Part shown: one piece after another, positions 34,444 to 38,687 of the stretch | Layout of the letters: every line of letters begins with the position of its first letter | Position numbering within the stretch: the first letter of the stretch is position 1 | Origin: Octopus bimaculoides | Lineage: Eukaryota | Assembly (NCBI RefSeq): GCF_001194135.2 | Contig: NC_068985.1 | Span: 85,199,638 to 85,238,324, forward strand | Direction of reading: 5' to 3' | Length of the DNA: 38,687 nucleotides | The notes under the pieces: generated by a model | Database searches by the model: none | What the model was told of the DNA's origin: nothing | The model's input: only the letters and a program-made list of their open reading frames with translations | Translations under genes and position numbers: made by a program

Positions 34444-34922
34444 GAAGGGGAAAAAGACAGAAGTGAGAAGAGTGACATATAGAGGTGAAAAGAGAAACAG
34501 AATCAGACAGAGATGAGGAGAGAGACAGAGGTGAGGGGAGAGAGAGAGAGTTAACAAAGAAAGAGAAAGATCATGGTGAGAAGAGAAAGAGGGAGGGAGG
34601 CAGAGAGATAACAGAGAAGAGACTAATAGAGGGAGAGAGACAGAAACAAGAAGAAATACAGAGTCAAATATGAAAAAGAGAGACAAACAATCAAGGATGG
34701 GAAGAAGAGAACAAAGAAGAGATTAAAATGGTGAAAAGAGAAAGACAGATGGAAAAGAATTAGAGACAAGTGAAAACTAGAGAGAGAGAGAGAGAGAGAG
34801 AAGGAATGTGTGAGAGAGCAAGAGAGAAATGTTACTTACCTGAGATCTAATATAGGTAATGGAGGGATTGCCAACAGTTGTTTAAACTGATGAGTGTTGA
34901 GTACCTGTCCTTCAAAGTCGAC
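4547..34922 (-). CDS. HPS5: HPS5 (BLOC-2 complex member; pink orthologue), partial multi-exon CDS: join(complement 34840-34922, 31000-31077, 28952-29040, 25541-26413, 23736-23999, 21211-21652, 17557-17674, 13819-16189, 11874-12000, 10705-10863, 7938-8054, 7028-7153, 4547-4659)
   Basis: 13 exons with GT-AG boundaries and matching phases total 4960 nt (1653 codons + 1 nt). Translated anchors match recalled human HPS5 in colinear order: VDFEGQVLNTHQFKQLLAIPPLPILDLR~[51 protein letters not shown]~[34 protein letters not shown]~LKVATAEAMTKL; FIRCYFHLLSL~FLKKYFFLLNL; HLLKWKY~HLLSWGY; FWLGCLMCL~FWPGYLILC. Confidence 0.93.
4935..5310 (-). mobile_element. Near-intact tRNA-derived SINE
   Basis: Minus strand starts GGAGGTGCAATGGCCCAGTGGTTAGGGCAGCGGACTCGCGG... 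with A box (TGGCCCAGTGG) and B-box-like GGTTTTGATTCCC; body ends in a short (AAC)n tail; CpG-rich, so probably young. Confidence 0.85.
5880..6400. repeat. Composite repeat copy 2 (longer SINE part + same linker + RTE-tail-type repeat)
   Basis: 6120-6194 identical to 3981-4055; ends in (GAT)n. Confidence 0.7.
7028..7153 (-). CDS. HPS5: HPS5 exon (126 nt, phase 2->2): AGMHLLKWKYRDIIVFLC...KVLHLCLIN(K)
   Basis: Within ORF 6889..7215; acceptor cattgcag|T, donor AA|gtatgt; HLLKWKY~HLLSWGY. Confidence 0.88.
7938..8054 (-). CDS. HPS5: HPS5 exon (117 nt, phase 2->2): KLMLAKLSENNETKFTWLEYLLSKVDDKLFTKVIPLLP(S)
   Basis: Acceptor ctttttag|G, donor AAG|gtaagt; aligns with ESLRLDWLLL. Confidence 0.83.
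10705..10863 (-). CDS. HPS5: HPS5 exon (159 nt, phase 2->2): LFSFRPAEIVEFSVQNSEHVQPLDVLYL...NVSFD(K)
   Basis: Within ORF 10701..10922; acceptor tatttcag|G, donor AA|gtaagt; aligns with [27 protein letters not shown]. Confidence 0.85.
11381..11440. repeat. Compound (CT)n(CA)n microsatellite
   Basis: Direct reading. Confidence 0.95.
11874..12000 (-). CDS. HPS5: HPS5 exon (127 nt, phase 1->2): EIGKDDIIGKCLQKKKMQQAVDLLHSEDIHFSAMVCIVGHLS(R)
   Basis: Acceptor ccttgtaacag|AG, donor AAG|gtaaga; open frame, correct phases. Confidence 0.82.
12408..12590 (+). mobile_element. Tc1/mariner-like 5' end fragment
   Basis: TA + CACAGGGATTGGACAAAATAATGGAAACACCT resembles Tc1-type TIRs; no matching right end found. 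Confidence 0.5.
12770..13760. repeat. Cluster of a degenerate roughly 230-bp AT-rich unit (three direct copies, one inverted)
   Basis: Motif tgattga..tgattaatca.gcaat.attagttaa...aataata..aagtgaaat at about 12835, 13060 and 13550, inverted at 13360-13450; relative at 36995-37155. Confidence 0.6.
13819..16189 (-). CDS. HPS5: HPS5 giant exon (2371 nt, phase 0->1): EIIEFQIAEEMINP...WLALVHCLQ
   Basis: ORF 13811..16159 (782 aa) extended to acceptor ttttgtag|GAA, donor CAAG|gtaatt; three HPS5-homologous blocks separated by long acidic/Ser-rich linkers. Confidence 0.9.
16235..16295. repeat. (TAA)n microsatellite next to the acceptor of the giant exon
   Basis: Direct reading. Confidence 0.95.
16891..17276 (-). 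mobile_element. Abundant SINE family, near full-length copy
   Basis: Minus strand begins ggcgcaggagtgactgtgtggtaagtagcttgcttaccaaccacatggttccgggttcagtccc; many relatives in the window (about 7410-7610+, 9180-9440+, 10000-10380+, 11420-11660+, 12250-12400+, 18385-18483+, 26870-27160-, 27212-27594-, 31150-31465-, 31885-31985+, 35040-35200+, 35425-35620-, 36185-36560-, 36658-36985+). Confidence 0.85.
17557..17674 (-). CDS. HPS5: HPS5 exon (118 nt, phase 2->0): LSSRTKSFIKSIS...PEIGDGK
   Basis: Within ORF 17332..17808; acceptor tttttttag|T, donor AAG|gtaagt; phases bridge the 442-nt and 2371-nt exons. Confidence 0.8.
18120..18384 (-). mobile_element. Retroposed repeat with RTE-like 3' tail ending in (GAT)n
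   Basis: Reverse complement matches 29935-30235 and 20913-21072; tail ...gcatggaaagcggacgttaaacgatgatg. Confidence 0.75.
18885..18921. repeat. (TA)n microsatellite
   Basis: Direct reading. Confidence 0.95.
20050..20350 (-). mobile_element. CR1/L2-clade LINE 3' fragment
   Basis: ORF 19929..20354 contains YAQFFLPRISALRNLLPAHV, resembling the terminal FFPRT..LWNSLP motif, followed by LQFKWNINN in a shifted frame. Confidence 0.55.
20391..20611. mobile_element. piggyBac-like MITE (about 220 bp)
   Basis: TTAA|CTCTTTAACAATT...AATGCTAAAGGG|TTAC; same family as 32602-32822 and the partial copy at about 16600-16734. Confidence 0.6.
20731..21182. mobile_element. hAT-superfamily MITE with perfect 8-bp TSD and a nested retroposed insert (about 20880-21072)
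   Basis: ACCTAATC at 20723-20730 and 21183-21190; left end TAGTGGTTCTCAACC, decayed right end ...gcgaaacgctg. Confidence 0.8.
21211..21652 (-). CDS. HPS5: HPS5 exon (442 nt, phase 1->2): DNSAMESSVVSS...KMNLMSIKD(S)
   Basis: Core of ORF 21201..21752; acceptor atttttcag|AC, donor AG|gtacgt; C-terminal NLMSIKD aligns with HPS5 SLQAVKE. Confidence 0.82.
21934..22861. other. Assembly gap (928 N)
   Basis: Run of N. Confidence 1.
23736..23999 (-). CDS. HPS5: HPS5 exon (264 nt, phase 1->1): DAILPKGDENKSVRKVFKKRKP...EMTQSA
   Basis: Core of ORF 23731..24054; acceptor ccaccaacag|AT, donor CAG|gttagt; phase-compatible, low-complexity, no recognisable homology. Confidence 0.72.
24423..24598 (+). mobile_element. 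Dong/R4-clade non-LTR retrotransposon fragment (restriction-like endonuclease domain)
   Basis: TINAKYPDIIVKDTKNKIWLFIDMAISSDKNV..EYDKL/KYKDFEIEISRMWHLK matches PD...D..E..K..KY.DLEIEI.RMW; one frameshift. Confidence 0.85.
24603..24680 (+). mobile_element. RTE-clade LINE 3' fragment
   Basis: KRRLHWYGHVMCMDEDS ~ RRLRWYGHVMRMDEDS. Confidence 0.75.
25541..26413 (-). CDS. HPS5: HPS5 exon (873 nt, phase 1->1): EINDIAVIENEMYIFY...GSPTV
   Basis: Core of ORF 25509..26396; acceptor ctctctccag|AA, donor TTG|gtatga; start matches DIQDVAVCRNELF and HLSLISVERC; contains IDSGI~LDSGI. Confidence 0.88.
27212..27594 (-). mobile_element. Second near full-length copy of the same SINE family, in tandem with an older copy at about 26870-27160
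   Basis: Colinear with 16891-17276; duplicated head motif ccactcctg. Confidence 0.85.
28952..29040 (-). CDS. HPS5: HPS5 exon (89 nt, phase 2->1): [29 protein letters not shown]
   Basis: Acceptor ttttttgcttag|G, donor AAG|gtatgt; conserved WT..IFIF.P.NV...LW motif. Confidence 0.92.
29935..30235 (+). mobile_element. Same RTE-tail-type repeat, longer copy
   Basis: High identity to the reverse complement of 18120-18384. Confidence 0.75.
31000..31077 (-). CDS. HPS5: HPS5 exon (78 nt, phase 2->2): CKEYNLPKDEKWNVLSVNFVQIKQI(K)
   Basis: Acceptor tttctctatag|G, donor AA|gtaagt; open frame whose length fills the gap between flanking conserved exons. Confidence 0.8.
32602..32822. mobile_element. piggyBac-like MITE (about 220 bp)
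   Basis: TTAA|CCCTGTGGCATTT...AATGCTAAAGGG|TTAT; CCC/GGG termini with TTAA-like TSD; colinear with 20391-20611. Confidence 0.65.
32854..32980 (+). repeat. 19-bp minisatellite (AATACTGCAAAGCAGAAGA)n interrupted by a 10-N gap
   Basis: Five perfect units plus partial units are visible; true copy number unknown. Confidence 0.95.
33462..33756. mobile_element. Putative hAT-like MITE nested in another dispersed repeat
   Basis: Starts taaggctggatttag..ggggccctgg; degenerate 8-bp TSD accctact/accctttt; the host repeat (acaccctact|gtctt) is split here, with relatives at about 29260-29580, 33200-33380 and 6420-6620. Confidence 0.4.
33870..34110 (+). mobile_element. SINE body/3' fragment
   Basis: Contains the core gttcactcagctgtagaaatg and tail cttccataaacaaccttgcctggact; family assignment from recall only. 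Confidence 0.45.
34350..34830. repeat. Purine-rich (GA)n low-complexity tract immediately 3' (in transcript) of the 34840 donor
   Basis: Two perfect (GA)n runs (about 34404-34440 and 34780-34800) within degenerate GA/GACA repeats. Confidence 0.9.
34840..34922 (-). CDS. HPS5: HPS5 exon (83 nt, phase 0->2): VDFEGQVLNTHQFKQLLAIPPLPILDL(R)
   Basis: Acceptor aacatttcag|GTC, donor CAG|gtaagt; strong match to the HPS5 beta-propeller segment. Confidence 0.92.
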
Positions 34923-36184
34923 CTGAAATGTTAACAAAAGGTTCAGTGAGACTGCAGCATCATAAATGGTTAGATGATGATGATGGTAATGATGGTGAGG
35001 ACAACTGGTGGTGGTGATGGAGGCTTACACACACTTGACAAACACAGTTTTGAGTTCAGCCCCACTATATGGCACCTTGGGTAAGTGTCTTGAGTTATAG
35101 CTCTGAGCCATCCAAAGCTCTGTGAGCGAATTTGATAGGCGAGAAACTGTAGAAGTCCTCTGTGTGTGTGTGTAAGAATGCATGCACGTGCACAAACGTG
35201 TGTGTTTGTGTGTGACTGTGAATGTTGATATTCTATACTTGTCATCCATGGTAGATATCCCTAGTTAACACTGCAACCAATCACTCAGCACTTTGGAAGC
35301 CTTCTGGAATAAATGAAGAGCATCCAGCTGTCAGATCCTGCATCACATAACATCCTGCCTAACTGATGCTAGCTTGAAAAACTGGTGATAATGGAGGATA
35401 ATAGTGGTGATGATGTTCATAGTAAGTATCTTTTATCTTTTACTAGTTTTAGTCACTGGACTGTGGCCATGCTGGGGTACCACTTTGAATGGTGCTTTTA
35501 ATCAAACAAATTGACCCTAGTAGTTATCAGTCTCTTTTGCTGAACTGCTAGGTTATAGGGATGGAAACAAACCAACACCACTTGTCAAGTGGTGATGGGG
35601 GACAAAGACAAGGACACACAAACATACATATTTATTTATTTATTTAGCTAACTAGCTCGCTATGTAGTAGTAGTAGTGGTGGTGGTGGTGGCAGTAGTAG
35701 CAGTGGTGGGAGGAGGAAAAACAAGAAATGAAAGAATGGGTGGAGCCAGGTGGTTGACTCAAAAAAACTTTTTACCATTGTTGTCGACCCAACTCACTAA
35801 CATGTTATGCTTTAATACCTCAGCCTCATGACTACTTGCAGTAATGGTGTGAATGTTTTGGACTTCCTCGAAAATTTTAATAGGCATACACCAGTATTCC
35901 CCCAGTGCAGTGTATAACAGAGAGAGTGTGTATACAACATATTTATTCAATGTTTTTACTCGTCTTTTTTTGTTATTGTTATTGTCCCTTTACTTTTGTA
36001 AATTAATTAATAAAACGATTTTATTTATACAAGAGAGACAGAAAACTTGCATTCAGCAAAAATGTATTTTTTCATGTTTCATGTACAAAGCAAAAATTGT
36101 ATATCATTTTACCAACCAAATGCTCCATTTTTGTGGGGGGCTTTTTTGTAGTTGGTTTTATCTTTTATCTCATTTTCTTTTTTA

Positions 36185-36985
36185 TTTGTTCCAGTCATTA
36201 GACTGAGACCAGACTGCGGCCATGCTAGGGCACTACCTTGAATTTTTAGTTGAATGAATTGACCCCAGTACTTATTTTTTTGTTAAGCTGGTACTTATTC
36301 TACTGGTTCTTTTTGCCAAACCACTAAGTTATAAGGATGTAAATACACCAACACTGGTTGTCAAGCAGTGGTGGGGGACAAACATACATACACACATAGA
36401 TACATAATGGACTTCTTTCAGTTTCCATCTACCACATCCACTCACAAGGCTATGTTTGGCTCCCAAGATTATAGAAGACACTTGTCACACAGTGGGACTG
36501 AATCTGGAACCACGTGGTTGATAAAACAAACTTCTTACCACACAGCCATACCTGCACCTGGCTTACAAGGTTCTTGATCTGAATTCATATGTTGAAACAG
36601 ATTTTGTTGTATCATGTAGTGGGAGATAGGGGAACATTATGCCAATAATAAACACATGTACAGGCGTGGCTGTGTAATAAGAAGTTTGCTTTCCCAACTA
36701 CATGGTTCTAGTTTCAGTCCCACTGTGTGGCACCTTGGGCAAGGGTCTTCTATTATACCATTATGAGTAGATTTGGTGTCTGCGTTTGTCCCCAACCACT
36801 GCTTGACAACTGGTGTTGGTGTGTTTACATCCCTGTAATTTAGCAAATCAACAAAAGTGACCAATAAACTAAGTAGTTGGCTAAAAAAAATTAAGTACTG
36901 AGGTCAATTCATTTAACTAAAATTTTTTCAAGGTGGTGCCCCAGCATGGCCAGTCTAATGACTGAAACAAGTAAACAATGAAAGA
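36185..36985. mobile_element. Head-to-head pair of SINE copies (36185-36560 minus; 36658-36985 plus)
   Basis: Both match the family above in opposite orientations, about 100 nt apart. Confidence 0.75.
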
Positions 36986-37155
36986 TACTTGCACATTCTA
37001 TTTCAATTTTTATTAATATTAGTTAAGTAGTTAGCCATTTAGTTAATTAACTAATCAACTATTTGATTAATCATTTGGTCAATCAGTCAATCAGCTAGGT
37101 TCATCAGGCTGAATGAGTGATCAAACATTTGATCACTTAATTGGTTAAATGGTTA

Positions 37156-37934
37156 NNNNNNNNNNNNNNNNNNNNNNNNNNNNNNNNNNNNNNNNNNNNN
37201 NNNNNNNNNNNNNNNNNNNNNNNNNNNNNNNNNNNNNNNNNNNNNNNNNNNNNNNNNNNNNNNNNNNNNNNNNNNNNNNNNNNNNNNNNNNNNNNNNNNN
37301 NNNNNNNNNNNNNNNNNNNNNNNNNNNNNNNNNNNNNNNNNNNNNNNNNNNNNNNNNNNNNNNNNNNNNNNNNNNNNNNNNNNNNNNNNNNNNNNNNNNN
37401 NNNNNNNNNNNNNNNNNNNNNNNNNNNNNNNNNNNNNNNNNNNNNNNNNNNNNNNNNNNNNNNNNNNNNNNNNNNNNNNNNNNNNNNNNNNNNNNNNNNN
37501 NNNNNNNNNNNNNNNNNNNNNNNNNNNNNNNNNNNNNNNNNNNNNNNNNNNNNNNNNNNNNNNNNNNNNNNNNNNNNNNNNNNNNNNNNNNNNNNNNNNN
37601 NNNNNNNNNNNNNNNNNNNNNNNNNNNNNNNNNNNNNNNNNNNNNNNNNNNNNNNNNNNNNNNNNNNNNNNNNNNNNNNNNNNNNNNNNNNNNNNNNNNN
37701 NNNNNNNNNNNNNNNNNNNNNNNNNNNNNNNNNNNNNNNNNNNNNNNNNNNNNNNNNNNNNNNNNNNNNNNNNNNNNNNNNNNNNNNNNNNNNNNNNNNN
37801 NNNNNNNNNNNNNNNNNNNNNNNNNNNNNNNNNNNNNNNNNNNNNNNNNNNNNNNNNNNNNNNNNNNNNNNNNNNNNNNNNNNNNNNNNNNNNNNNNNNN
37901 NNNNNNNNNNNNNNNNNNNNNNNNNNNNNNNNNN
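37156..37934. other. Assembly gap (779 N); 10-N gaps also at 32913-32922 and 38264-38273
   Basis: Run of N. Confidence 1.
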
Positions 37935-38687
37935 ACAACACATACATATAAAATATGGAAGAAAAATAATGTAAATAAAGACCTCGATAAAACAATGAAC
38001 CCTAACAAACTAGCTAACATAAGAAGATATATTCTAAAAGCAAAAAAAAATATCAGAAATAGAAATAGAACAATTGAAAGGAAAAATACATCAGGAAAAT
38101 CTAGATAGTAGTCACACAACAATGCCAAATAATAATATAAACACTGAGATAATAAAACACGAGGACAAACGTAACATTTCTGGCAAAAACGAAGTAAACA
38201 AAAAACAATAAATCCAGACCGTAGAGATGTATAATAATGTACAAAAAGCACCAATCCAGAACANNNNNNNNNNAAAAAAATTACAAACAGATTAAATAAT
38301 ACCGGTATTATTCCACCCAAGAACAACAACCGAGAAGTGCGTACGCAAAAAGTACGAAGATCTGAACGTGCAAAACAATCTGACAACAGAAATGAACGAA
38401 CCGGTACCCTACGAAAACGATGACCGTCAAAATAAAGGGCATAAATGGACACGTGAGGAATACATTTCAATCCTACATGCTTATTTCACAGCAGTGCTCT
38501 ACCCAAAAAACGAAAACGCAACAACACATACATATAAAATATGGAAGAAAAATAATGTAAATAAAGACCTCGATAAAACAATGAACCCTAACAAACTAGC
38601 TAACATAAGAAGATATATTCTAAAAGCAAAAAAAAATATCAGAAATAGAAATAGAACAATTGAAAGGAAAAATACATCAGGAAAATC
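37935..38687 (+). mobile_element. Dong/R4-clade LINE N-terminal (Myb-like) region, present as two overlapping copies
   Basis: KWTREEYISILHAYF...TYKIWK...MNPNKLANIRRYILKAKK/ISEIEIEQL resembles the R4/Dong N-terminus; frameshift in an A9 run; 37935-38101 identical to 38521-38687. Confidence 0.7.

Noticed and set aside
34303-34686. 127-aa hydrophobic Leu/Ser ORF (membrane-protein-like)
   Set aside because: It is the translation of the (TC)n-rich strand of a GA low-complexity tract
35759-35950. 63-aa minus-strand ORF as the upstream HPS5 exon (expected …ARPGSRxWE)
   Set aside because: No such motif or phase-0 donor was found; probably repeat-derived
37137-38470. Long ORFs of 268-441 aa in the ORF track
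   Set aside because: They span the 779-N gap; the non-N parts are LINE or low-complexity sequence

Overview
AT-rich, repeat-dense animal genomic DNA, most likely Octopus or another coleoid cephalopod (inferred from repeat families; unverified). The only host gene I can support is a minus-strand HPS5 orthologue (Hermansky-Pudlak syndrome 5 / BLOC-2 subunit, Drosophila pink). It was rebuilt by hand as 13 internal coding exons from 34922 down to 4547. All introns are GT-AG and phases match throughout, giving 4960 nt or 1653 codons. The N-terminal exons and the last exon(s) were not found and probably lie outside the window or in a gap. The central region is far longer than vertebrate HPS5 because of low-complexity acidic/Ser-rich inserts, including one 2371-nt exon. 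Introns hold decayed Helitrons, several SINE families, Dong/R4, RTE and CR1/L2 LINE fragments, hAT-, piggyBac- and Tc1-like MITEs, microsatellites and four assembly gaps. Best leads are the expanded HPS5, a tRNA-Asp 3' fragment fused to a retro-repeat tail inside a hAT MITE, inverted repeats able to form dsRNA around exons, a duplicated composite repeat, and a tandem X-box-like duplication. I see no clear evidence of a wholly new multi-gene system. All homology calls come from recalled family sequences, not database searches.
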